Assembly: GCF_003918875.1 (NCBI RefSeq)
Contig: NW_025767313.1
Span: 1,302,001-1,366,000, forward strand
Reading direction: 5' to 3'
Source of the DNA: Haliotis rubra
Lineage: Eukaryota
Length of the DNA stretch: 64,000 nt
Shown here: positions 53,106-64,000 of the stretch, piece by piece
Layout of the letters: every line of letters starts with the position of its first letter
Numbering within the stretch: the first letter of the stretch is position 1
Translations under genes and position numbers: made by a program
The notes under the pieces: generated by a model
Database searches by the model: none
Told to the model about the DNA's origin: nothing
What the model saw: the letters and a program-made list of their open reading frames with translations, nothing else

Positions 53106-53414
53106 ATGGAAGTTGAGGCTATTCAACAGAAACTGGGAGGCTATGGCTGCTATCAGATGCTTGTGTATACCCTCCTTGGTCTGTTGTACATGAGAGGCGC
53201 CTGGCACACGTTTAGCATCATATTTCTGGGTGCAGTCCCTGACCATACCTGCACAATTCCAAACGGAACAGTCGACGATGGTCATCATGTTGTAGCAGGG
53301 AAGTGTGATATTACACTTACAGTCTCAAATGGAACATACGCTGTCAATGAGACGGTTGCATGCAGTACCTGGCAGTATGATAACATGCTCAATGGTTCCA
53401 GCATTGTAGAAGAG
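53106..53414 (+). CDS. SLC22-family organic cation transporter-like protein, coding exon 1
   Basis: Acceptor ccttgtttcag at 53095 and Kozak ACCATGG. Encodes LGGYGCYQ...IFLGAVPDHTC...CSTWQYD...SSIVEE (TM1 plus Cys/N-glycan loop); donor GAG|gtatgt. Confidence 0.93.
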
Positions 53415-54394
53415 GTATGTTGCATTCAAATGCTTAGAATTGTCATGAAAATGTATGTAGCACACATTTTGGTTATTATAATATTCACTACTTGTCACCA
53501 TGTTATAGAGGTGATGGTGTTGTGATAGTGAGAAATAGTTAACACAAATAATTCAAGTGAAAAATTAAGTAGAGGAGATATCTTTTTAAAAAAGACTATA
53601 ATCTTACATCTTGTATGTTACTAAAACCATATGCCAGTGGAATATCATTTTTGTGTTTTGTTTTCATCTCAAAGCTCTGGCACACATTTTTAAACGTGAA
53701 ATTTCAGTATGTTAGCATTTTGTATGTTGTTAAAGAGTTGGATTTCCCATGAAAGGAAATGACAAGAGACCAAACTAAAGCATATAAACGTGCGATGTTT
53801 GAGTCAAATAAACTAATAATAGTTAAAGAGCTTTTGGACTAAATCAAGATTTTTGTCAGAGATGTACCTCAAATTGTACCTTGATTTTTGTTGCCTGGCA
53901 TGGAACTTGTGACCCTTCTTTTCGGGACTATGTGTATATAGATGGTTGGACACTATGATTGTAGAACTTGATCTTTCATTTACCTAGTGACACTAAATGT
54001 CTGCAGCAATGATTTAAAAAACTCTCACCTTGATTGCATATCTTCCTTTTTACATGTTAAATCCAATGTATTAATTCATGAGACAAGACAAGACATTATC
54101 CGTCATACAAAAGCTTCAGTTAACTGTTGTAATGTGTGCTATATTAGTTCATTACAAATGGACTAAATGGTTTTCTTTTTTTTCCTGCTGGGATGTTCTT
54201 ACATCATGCACATTGACGTAATGAATCAGTGTGGATGTTTTCAAATGTTTGCTGCTACAAGCTGTGATGTACAGTGTGTAAGCCTCTGAGTGACCTGCTG
54301 TACTATGGCTGATGCAATGTACCATGTGTGTTATTGTTGTGATGAAACTTAAGGAAGTGTGTTTTGAAGACATACAGAACTTATTACTTACACA

Positions 54395-55575
54395 TTGTAA
54401 CTAGAGCTAATGTAGGTAATACTTACACTATACATTGTGACTTAACCTAATGAAGTGTGAAGTGTTGTGACTAGACCTAATATTCCTTAAACTATACATT
54501 GTGACTTAACCTAATGAAGTGTGAAGTGTTGTGACTAGACCTAATATTCCTTACACTATGCATTGTGACCTGACCTAGTGAAGTGTGAAGTGTTGTGACT
54601 GGGCCTAATATTCCTTGCGCTATGCAACTGACTAGACCTAATGAAGGTATCCATACACTATGCATTATGACTTGACCTATCAAAGTACAGAGTGACTAGA
54701 CCTAATGAAGGTATCCATACACTATGCATTATGACTTGACCTATCAAAGTACAGAGTGACTAGACCTAATGAAGGTATCCATACACTATGCATTATGACT
54801 TGACCTATCAAAGTACAGAGTGACTAGACCTAATGAAGGTATCCATACACTATGCATTATGACTTGACCTATCAAAGTACAGAGTGCCTAGACCTAATGA
54901 AGGTATCCATACACTATGCATTATGACTTGACCTATCAAAGTACAGAGTGCCTAGACCTAATGAAGGTATCCATACACTATGCATTGTGACTTGACCAGA
55001 GTACAGAGTGCCTAGACCTAATGAAGGTATCCATACACTATGCATTATGACTTGACCTATCAAAGTACAGAGTGCCTAGACCTAATGAAGGTATCCATAC
55101 ACTATGCATTATGACTTGACCTATCAAAGTACAGAGTGCCTAGACCTAATGAAGGTATCCATACACTATGCATTGTGACTTGACCAGAGTACAGAGTAGT
55201 GTTTCCCCCTGGATCCCAAAAGAGCAGGGCAACAGAATTTCAAAAGGGGCGCCCTTATTCCAAACAGGATATGTAATGATAGATTTCCAAGTATTAACTT
55301 AAGAATCAGATATGCATATGATTCTTAAAGGCTCAAAGAGCACAGTTATTTTACTAAACTTCTACATAAAATAGAAAGTAAAAACAACCACATATATATA
55401 TGACTGTATTACAAATAAGGGCAGGGCACCAAGTAAAAAGGCCAAGGTGTCAAGTGAAAATGCAGGGTGCTGTGTGATGCTACAACTGCCAGGGGGAAAC
55501 ACTACAGAGTGTTGTGACTAATCCCAATGAAGGTATTCTTAGACTATGCATTGTGACTTACCTAAATGAAGTGAC
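54395..55575. repeat. 64-bp intronic minisatellite interrupted by a MITE
   Basis: GTGACTAGACCTAATGAAGGTATCCATACACTATGCATTATGACTTGACCTATCAAAGTACAGA; the array resumes after 55503. Confidence 0.92.
55198..55503. mobile_element. hAT-like MITE
   Basis: TIR AGTGTTTCCCCCTGG / CCAGGGGGAAACACT; 7-8-bp TSD (T)ACAGAGT. Confidence 0.82.
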
Positions 55576-55618
55576 ATTGTGGTGTTCTTGTTTGAGACTT
55601 TGGAATGTTTGCTTCCAG

Positions 55619-55849
55619 TGGGACCTGGTGTGTGACAGGAATTACCTGGTGGAACTGTCTACAACCATCTACATGATTGGCACAGCATCAGGAGCAGTGA
55701 TCCTCACTCCGTTTTCTGACCGATTTGGCAGAAAGATTCTCCTCCTGACCTGTCTCGGTATTCAAGCTGTCATCGGCTTTGCTGTTGCATTTGTACAGAA
55801 CTATGTTGCTTTTACACTGTTGCGAGCCGTGGTGGGATTTCTCAATATG
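55619..55849 (+). CDS. SLC22-like transporter, coding exon 2
   Basis: ttccag|WDLVCDR...SDRFGRK (SLC22 signature and MFS motif A)...GFLNM|gtaaac; 231 nt, phase 0/0. Confidence 0.95.
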
Positions 55850-56880
55850 GTAAACATGAAACTTGATCTGGAGTACATGTCGTCATGTCACAATCACCAT
55901 TTTAACCAGTTATGCATCTATTGATACCTCGTCTTCATCAAGCTCTGACAAAACCCCAATGTAGGACACAAAGGCTCAACACTGAAGGAACTTTTGACTG
56001 TCCAGTCAAAATGGATGATGCCTTGCTTTTTAATCAATCAGGTGTCAACTTACCAATATTATTGAATTTCATTGTCAATTTGGTTGCTTTGGACACTGAA
56101 AGCGTGGTGTGACCTTATATGGATGCTTTATCTGATCATAGAATAGAAGGAAAGAGATACTGATTCAGAGTAAAGATGACAATTAAAGGGGCATTATTAT
56201 TTCGTATTATTGTAAAAACCAACTATTATGGAACAGACCCTGAAAACATCACACCCCAACGCACCACACCACCTGACATGCACACCAGCCTCCCATGTGA
56301 TCATCCAGCGATTGTCACTCTCTCCATTCTTAACATATGGACTGTCTTTAGACAAGCAAGAATAATACAACTGCCCACCACCTTCCAACAGTTTCAAGCT
56401 CAGTTGGAGTCAGGGTAAGGAAAACTATTATTTTATACTTATCCTGATTTATATGCCAAAGTATCCCCCTAGTTGTATATTACAAAAATGGAGAGTGTAA
56501 CAGTCACTGGTTGATCACGTGGGAGGCTGGCATCCATGTGCTGTGGTTTGATGCATTCAGGTGAGATGTTTTACCCGTTCTTGTGGAGCATAACTTGTTT
56601 TCTCAATTTAAAGGAAGAGAGAAGCAAATAGTATGATTCAGGATAAGTATAAAATAATATTTTTTCTCAAAACATACATTTCTGGCAAAATTAGATTTCC
56701 TATGTGTCTGAAAATAAAGCTTTTCTCTGAGTTTGTAAAATATTTTCTGTCCAAGACTAAATATCTACAGCTATTAGTACCAGAATACAGTACTTTCTTT
56801 GTTATTTTCAGTGTAAGTTGTACCAAATGTCTATTGATTTCACTGTACATGCGTTGTCACCCCCATGTTCTTGTTTGCAG

Positions 56881-57077
56881 GGCATAGCACTGAGTGCATA
56901 TGTAATGATGACAGAGGTGTTTCCCGCTTTGCACCGCACTCTTCCGTCCATCGCCATGCAGATCTTTTGGGCTGTCGGGGTCATGTTGCTGTCTTTGTTT
57001 GCGTACCTTGTGCGAGACTGGCGCAAACTGGAGATGCTGGTGTCCCTGCCTAATATGTTGGCCATTGTCTATATATG
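56881..57077 (+). CDS. SLC22-like transporter, coding exon 3
   Basis: tttgcag|GIALSAYVMMTEVFPALHR...AYLVRDWRKL...YIW|gtaata; ends in phase 2. Confidence 0.94.
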
Positions 57078-57135
57078 GTAATAACTGTGATTTTGTATCT
57101 GTGTCAGTGAAATAGATGCTTGCCTGCTGACCTAA

Positions 57136-57507
57136 GGGACTGATCACAATTTATGGCTGGCTAGGGAGGTGATGATTTTTGTTGTTGTTGTTGTTTTTGG
57201 TTTTTTTAATTTTGTTTTTGGGGGTTGTGTGTGGGTTTTTTTGGGGGGTCACTCACCCATTTTGTTTTGGGTAGGTGGGGGGCACATGTACAAGAGAGGA
57301 TCAGCAATTTGGTGCATATGAATATTTAAAAATTATGCTCAAAAATGGGTGGGTAGGGGGAGGGGCATTGATTTTGTACATGATATGCAGGGGGGGGGAA
57401 AGTTTACTTCCTGTTGTACATACGTTTTAGGGAGGTCATTCACATTGTACACGCTTCTGCATAAAATCATCATCAGCCCCCGCTTGCCATGAATTATGAA
57501 TGGTCCC
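57136..57507. mobile_element. PIF/Harbinger-like MITE
   Basis: TAA|GGGACTGATCACAATTTATGGC ... GCCATGAATTATGAATGGTCCC|TAA: imperfect TIRs starting GGG, with a TAA TSD. Confidence 0.7.
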
Positions 57508-58009
57508 TAATAAGTACAATTTATTCCCCCCAAGAATAGTAGTGTTGGCCATAATGAATGATCGTTATGTTTCATGCCTTCCATGTCACTACAAAACACC
57601 ATGATTCTCATGATTGTCCTGGAGTATCTAGGGATGAAGACAGTTGTGCTCTTGTTGCCTGACTTAGTTGACACATGTCATTGTATCTGAGTTGCGTTGA
57701 TGGATGCTCATGCCGTTGATCACTTGATTGTCTGCTCACGACTCGATTATTTTCAGACCACTGCCATATACAAGTACTGTTGCTATGTGTTAAGCAACAA
57801 ACCTGCCAACAAGTAGAGAATCATGAAGGGATCATGACCCATTATTGATCAAGTCGTCTCAAGCATTCATTTTTTACTACACACCTCTGTTGTCCTCTTT
57901 AGTTCATTTTTGTTATTAACACAGTGTATAGTAGTACATGCCACCATTTGGGATTGTTTTTGCTTGTTTATTAAATCAACACATCTGAACTTTTAATATT
58001 TCCACTTAG

Positions 58010-58324
58010 GTGTCTCCCAGAATCTCTCCCGTGGTTATTATCTCAGAAGAAAATAAGACAAGCCAAAGCTGTGATTAGATGGGCAAGCAAGTTAAATAGA
58101 CTTCCATCCAACCTGGATGTGTTGCTTGACGCCCCCAGTTCCTCAGCTGGTCATAATGGGCATGTTCTGGTTGATGGGGAGGGTGAGACTCAAGCCTTAA
58201 CTCTGCAGGATCCTCAGGAGTCGAGTGCAATCAGTGCTGGCAACAATAAAGCTCAGCCTGGAATTCTAGATCTGGTGAAGACGACACGAATACGACTTTA
58301 TTCAATACTGCTGTGGTTTTTATT
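58010..58324 (+). CDS. SLC22-like transporter, coding exon 4
   Basis: cacttag|(W)CLPESLPWL (PESPRWL-like motif)...ILDLVKTTRIR...LWFL|gtaagt; phases 2/2. Confidence 0.93.
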
Positions 58325-58595
58325 GTAAGTATCAGTTCAGTTACCAACACATATCTTTCTGAATTTTTTCCTGCTTTCTACTATAAGATTGAAGAAAATC
58401 AATATTGATGTCTTATATCGGAAAATGGTTTCAAGGAATTATCTTGGAAGCTCATCAATTTTCTATGATAATGAATAGTTGTTATTTATGCAATGTTTTC
58501 TCAATAAAATTACAGAAGAAGTCTGTTAGCATGTTGTTTGACTGTTTGTTTTCCTAATATACACACCTTTTGAGTTATTTTCTCTTTTTTTTCAG

Positions 58596-58730
58596 TTTTG
58601 TGAACAGTTTAAGTTATTTTGGGTTGTCCTTCAATACTCCGAATCTCCATGGCAACCCATACCTCAACCTGTGTCTGATGGGAGCTGTTGAGATCCCAGC
58701 CTATGTTATATGCATGCTGGTCATTTATTG
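58596..58730 (+). CDS. SLC22-like transporter, coding exon 5
   Basis: tttttcag|FVNSLSYFGLSFNTPNLHGNPYLNLCLMGAVEIPAY...|gtaagt. Confidence 0.94.
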
Positions 58731-59109
58731 GTAAGTGCATGTGACCATTCCAATGAAAGTGTTATGAACATATATCTTCAAATTGTTTGCTCATTAAATC
58801 CATTGCATTAATTCTTACATGACAAAGTAAATATTTATTATGTTGAGTTCTATAATGTGCTGAAGGATGTGTGTGTTAGACTGTGTGTGACCACAAAATT
58901 CAAATCTGAATATTATACATTGCCTCAATTATTTCTAAAAAATTCAGTTGAGCTTTGTGGCTGTGGTTCTGAAAATCTCTATAGTCCGTGACATTGATAA
59001 ATACAAATGTATATGAGAAGACATATTGTGTGTTCTATCATCAGGTGTACATTCACAGTGCATCAGTACATTAATTAAATCTGTGATATATATAATATAC
59101 GGTTCAAGC

Positions 59110-61252
59110 CCGGGAAGTCGACAAATGAAGATTTACCACCCAAAATTAGTGTCGACTCTGCGGGCATCGCGGACTATTGTTGCGCTTGGCTGACTTAATC
59201 TCATAGGCAAAAAGTGAACACAACATGGATTAGCACTGGTTTAAACATTCAATAGAATCTGAATATGCGAAATGTTTCAAACAAATATAAAGCATACAAC
59301 GAGCATGATCAACACGTGTAAAATCGATAAATCATTCTTTCATTGAAAACTAGCATTGATACAGCTAAACAAGCATTTAGGTACCCACACAGTCTGCAAT
59401 GTCTATCCCAGGTGAAGGAGTTCTGAGACGTGATCTGTGTAGTCCATTTCACAGTCTCTGGGCAATCAAGTCATCCTTCAGAGATCTGATTTTCATGTCA
59501 GTTTGCCGATACTTCCTCTTCCTAACACGTCCTCTGCCATGTCCTTGGATCTGCTGGATCTTAACCTCAGCCACTGACTGTTCTTTCTGAATGAGACGTA
59601 TGAGTTCATAGATGTTCGGATGGGTTTTCTTTGCAAATTTGTTTATTTCATGGTGCCAGCCTTCAAGATTGTTGTTGGTACAATGTCCATCATTGCCAAA
59701 GTGGTTCCACATGGACAGTGGCCAAGAGCTTTCGATCCAGGTTGACCCGACATAGTCCATCAGCTGTGTTGCCTTTTCACCTTGAGCATTACTGATGGCG
59801 TCTACCCAACATCTTCAACTTTGTCCTCGGGCACAAGGGGAAGTGCAGCCGCTCATCTCACAAGCTTGGTTACATCCTTATCGTGTTTGTATTCAGTTGC
59901 TAGTAATAGTAATATTAATAGTCCGCTTATATGGCACTCATATCCAGGCACATTGCCTGCTCACGGCGCTACGTACATTACTATCCCCGGTTATAGGACA
60001 CTATCGTACTTTCCGATACTTTTTCAACTCCCTGGGGAGCATACAGCCATGCTGCCTGTTAGGCGCAATGAACTTAACACTCACATTGCCAGCACAGCCT
60101 CACAGGTACCCATTTTACAGCTGGGTGAACTGGGACAATGTGGATCTAAGTATCTTGTCCAATGATACTACGCAAATGTGCCCACCTCGGGACCCGAACC
60201 TAGGTGCCTCCACCGGGGATCAAACCCGGGCCTTCAGCATGATAGGCAGACCCCTTACCACTGCACTACTGTGCTCCACTGCTAGTCCGATCTTTTGGAC
60301 ACGATGCCATATACACTGTGTGTAGTGGAAAAAACAACCACGTTTCTGGGTTCCAGGGAAGACAGCAGCAACAGCATTGTGTGACACACGCTCAAAGTCC
60401 ATCTGGAAAGTTGTTGGTACCAGCTGATGTCCTAGGTTCGCCGAGGTCTGCTTCAGATAGGTAAACATCCGTGTGTATGAGTCCTCGGTTCTGTCTGACA
60501 TGAGTCCATACATGAGTGGCAACATATGTTCTTGGAATTCAGCATGGATGGAATATATCTGGTCGAAGAGCCTAGGGCATGTTGAGAAAGTCCCGTCAGC
60601 AAATAGGACGTCAGCATCACTTAGCAGTTATAGAGTCTTGTCAGTGGTGAATATGAAGATAGGAGACTGTCCCTCCAGTCGATGTAAGAATCTTTCCCCT
60701 GCCTCTGTCCTGGTCCACTGGTCCTGTAGGTCTGGGACAGTCTTGGTAGTGTGTCTCTGGCGGTACATACTCGTCCTCATGGCATCGTATGTGGGAATCA
60801 GTCTCAGAAGGGCGTCAGGTGCTACATCTGGGTTTCTCCGCAACTTGGCAATTTCATCTTGGTAGATCTGAGGAATGGGGGTTGTAGCGTCAGATCTGGC
60901 CTGATCGTGGAGCTTGGCTTTGAATGCATCAACTTCAGTAACGTAGTCTGGGGCACGGTGGTTGTGACCATTGCCAACAGCGTTGACCATGCAGTCCACT
61001 GTCATGACATGGCACTGCACCTGGGCTGTGTATATTTCCAGTATGTCTTCTCTGCCCTCCTTCTGTTAACTTTGAACTTGTATCCCTGATGATAGAAGGC
61101 TGTCTATAATTGTCACACGTACCAAAGCATTCGTCATGATAGGATGAATTCATTCGTCCTTTCATTCGTTCATTCTTTGGAGATGTAACAAGCACTACCA
61201 GCATAGCCGATTTCGCACTTGGTGATAAATTCATTCTGCAGCTGACTTTTTC
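59110..61252 (-). pseudogene. Decayed Mutator/MULE transposon (FLYWCH-like zinc finger plus MULE DDE transposase) in an SLC22 intron
   Basis: Minus-strand motifs GYKF..RR...TYWK...HNH, LFADGTF, MDFE, GCFFHYTQC and WNHF...TNNNLEGWH, with stops and frameshifts. Weak inverted similarity between ~59111-59140 and ~61220-61252. Confidence 0.88.
59905..60279 (-). mobile_element. tRNA-headed CORE-like SINE inserted into the MULE transposase
   Basis: Head AGTAGTGCAGTGGTAAG...GGTTTGATCCCC, CORE-like CAGTTCACCCAGCTGTAAAATGGG and a (TATTA)-rich tail. TSD TGCTAGT at 59898-59904 and 60280-60286; its removal restores IGLA-TEYKHD. Confidence 0.88.
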
Positions 61253-61928
61253 ACCAACGTTACTAATTGCTTTAACTCAATAACCAATTTACTAAAACAA
61301 TCCAAAGTCATGAGATTTGAGCAAAGGATTATCATTGACTTTGTTCTTTTGTTCTTAAGATTGATATCTCAACACTAATGATATACTCACTGGAGTATAT
61401 CATTTACTCTCAAAACATCACTACTTAATATATAAACACTACCCGACAAAACCTAAGTCAACAAAAGCAGTACAGCACCTGTAGAACCTGTAAGTTCACA
61501 AGCAATTACTCTCAAAACGTCATATATGGCATATACCTCATCTCAGGCCCTTGTTTCAATGAAGGGAGTCTGATGTATTTTGTAAGTACCGGGGTACCTC
61601 ATAGCAGATTTATGCATAGTAGGACCCTGTTTTTAGGTATTCTCTTAAACAGATTCATACTGAAGCTAATTGTTGCAATAAATATGCCAATGATAATAAT
61701 TCCAAAGACTGTTTATTGAATCATCAACACAACAACATCTGTAGACAACAGTGTTGTAATAATGCACCACAAACAATGGCCATTCTCTTATCAACAGTAG
61801 AAACAAATTACTGTTTGTCAGTCAGGTGCCATGCAATTTATATGTTCATGCAAGACCAAGACAGCAGAGTTTATGTTTTGTGATAGTGATGAGGTAATGA
61901 TGTGATGTATCATTGATACTGTTGCCAG

Positions 61929-62014
61929 GATGGGACGTCGAGTGCCAGTGTGTGTGTTTCTGTTAATCTGTGGAGTGACCAACATAGCGGCCATCTTTGT
62001 TCCAGCTGAAGCAG
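61929..62014 (+). CDS. SLC22-like transporter, coding exon 6
   Basis: ttgccag|(W)MGRRVPVCVFLLICGVTNIAAIFVPAEA|gtatgt; second GRR motif; phases 2/1. Confidence 0.92.
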
Positions 62015-62613
62015 GTATGTCTGTCTACAAGGAAAGATGGCATTTACATAGTTTCTTGCAGTACGTGATTTTATTGATAAGATAGAGACATACAGATAGA
62101 GGGCCATGACAGCACTTTACCTACATGTAGTGGGACAGTTTGCTGATAATGTGCACTCACTAGTTCTCAATCTGGTGCATACATTTCACTTTCCGACCTA
62201 CCAAGCATAGGAGTCTTTGTAATAGGGATGCAATGAATACACCATGAGGTGAATATGATATGTTTTTCGAATATATAGTAATGAATACAAATATGAATTC
62301 ATGAACACTTTATGTTTAATATCAAGCAATCAAAATAACAAACATGCCATGTAATTGCTTAAGTCGAAACATTTAAATGATATTTTCTTTGAAGCCCAAA
62401 ACGCAATACATCATAAACAATGCTGCTTATAGCCAAATGACAGTCCCATACAGGAGCTTGACAAAGAATATTTTGACTATGTTCCACATTATTAACATAG
62501 ACTTACAACTGTAGTGGCTTTGTACAAAGGCACCCTGGTGTATATAACATTTTCGTGTATAAATCATACATTCACTGGCCCAGGGCCTTGAGCTGTGTCC
62601 ATGTTGTTTTCAG

Positions 62614-62734
62614 AGAGTGGGGCCAATCTATCCCATCTGAAGCTGGCTTTGGTGATGATAGGGAAGTTTGGCATTACTGGCTCCTACTCCACGATCTACC
62701 TGCTTGCAGCCGAAACATTCCCTACCTCTGTCAG
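62614..62734 (+). CDS. SLC22-like transporter, coding exon 7 (gene continues beyond the window)
   Basis: ttttcag|..LALVMIGKFGITGSYSTIYLLAAETFPTSVR|gtaggt (ELFPTxxR-type motif). Confidence 0.94.
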
Positions 62735-63708
62735 GTAGGTTGTAGCAAGGAAAATGCTTAATTTAACTAGTCATGCACTGAAACGGAAACTGAATGATAA
62801 CAACAGCCTCTTGTGTACCGGCCACAAAGTATGTGGTACATTTGAAACGATGAATTTAATTCATATTTATTTTTATAAACCTACAGCCACTTTTGCCTAT
62901 AATGAAGTAGGGATTGCTGTCTCATAGTAACCTTGTAAAAGGTGTTTCTTTCTGAAATAAGATCTACTGATAGGTTTTAAATTTTAACTGGCAGACCTTG
63001 GTTATAAACTGCCTTTTACACTCTTCCAGAAAGGAAAAGCTTTCACAAAGTTTGAAACAATTTACTGTGTTCATTTAGAAGTGCATTCATTCATTTAATT
63101 TTGACTGATACACGGATGAGATTTAGTCACATGTTCTGTAAATATAATGGCAATACTGATTGTCCTGTTACAAAACATGTTCGTCAATGAGGGCGGCATT
63201 CTTATCAGTACCTGGTGTCACCACAGTGTGCTGTTGTCACTGCTCTACACCTCCTTGGAACTGACTGAATACGATTCTGTCCTGTGGAATTCTTGAAAAT
63301 TGAAATAGGTGACGCTAGAAGATTTGGGTCCCTATACAGATTTCCAGTCAGATTCCCTGAACCACGACCAAATCAGATCTTCATGTGTAGGTTATGACTC
63401 CCCAGCCATCATGCTTCCCCAGCCATCATGCTTCCACCACTGAATCTGTTCATGTGTGTTACACATTCATTACACTTTGACCTGCTGTCTTCCAGACTTG
63501 CCACCAGTTTCTCAGGGTCCATACCTGTATGGTGTTGCTCCATCACATACTTTGGAGTTGATGCAAACACCTCAATCCAGGGACAAATTTGTTGCCACTG
63601 TTCTACTGGTCAAGAGTTTCACTTCAATAAACATATTACACATTTATAACAATAGTACATATACATGGTTTTGTTTTGGAATTTTTGCAAGTATTAAATG
63701 GGAAATTT

Positions 63709-64000
63709 GCACTGTTGTGAGTCTGTTTGGTCCCCTGCACTGTTGTAAGTCTGTTTGGTCCCCTGAACTGTTGTGAGTCAATTGTGAGTCTGTTTGGTCC
63801 CCTGCACTGTTGTAAGTCTGTTTGGTCCCCTGCACTGTTGTGAGTCAGTTGTGAGTCTGGTCCCCTGCACTGTTGTGAGTCTGTTTGATCCCCTGCACTG
63901 TTGTGAGTCAGTTGTGAGTCTGGTCCCCTGCACTGTTGTGAGTCAGTTGTGAGTCTGTTTGGTCCCCTGCACTGTTGTGAGTCTGTTTGATCCCCTGCAC
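63709..64000. repeat. ~28-bp minisatellite, truncated by the window end
   Basis: GCACTGTTGTGAGTCTGTTTGGTCCCCT, with internal GTTGTGAGTCA duplications. Confidence 0.93.

Noticed and set aside
56176-56480. 80-aa ORF in an SLC22 intron
   Set aside because: Probably a decayed LINE 3' fragment. It is not needed for the transporter frame and is too degenerate to call.
63428-63776. Next SLC22 exon
   Set aside because: No translation matching the expected TM11 (RxxxxG...R/N-IGxxxAP) in a phase-2 exon; the next exon is presumably beyond the window.

Overview
This is eukaryotic (animal) genomic DNA: AT-rich, intron-rich and repeat-rich. The SINE families resemble those I associate with gastropod molluscs (abalone-like); this is inference, not verified. 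Two divergently oriented spliced genes are supported by phase-consistent GT-AG exons. (1) A minus-strand BTB-BACK-Kelch (KLHL-type) gene has coding exons at 41175-41583, 34946-35505 and 22160-22331; its remaining Kelch exons were not found in the window. (2) A plus-strand SLC22/organic cation transporter-like MFS gene has seven coding exons from 53106 to 62734 and continues beyond the window. The rest comprises more than a dozen unrelated minisatellite arrays (roughly a quarter of the window), two SINE families sharing a 3' tail, a CORE-type SINE, Tc1/mariner remnants, several MITEs, a Rex1/Babar-like LINE 3' end, a decayed MULE transposase and a 144-N gap. Nearly all long ORFs in the track are artefacts of tandem repeats. 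Two signals stand out: a 68-bp array built from the Kelch exon-2 splice acceptor, giving a ladder of near-identical 3' splice sites, and a headless SINE-like family whose fixed 5' end can fold into a pseudoknot with a compensatory change (candidate ribozyme or structured RNA).
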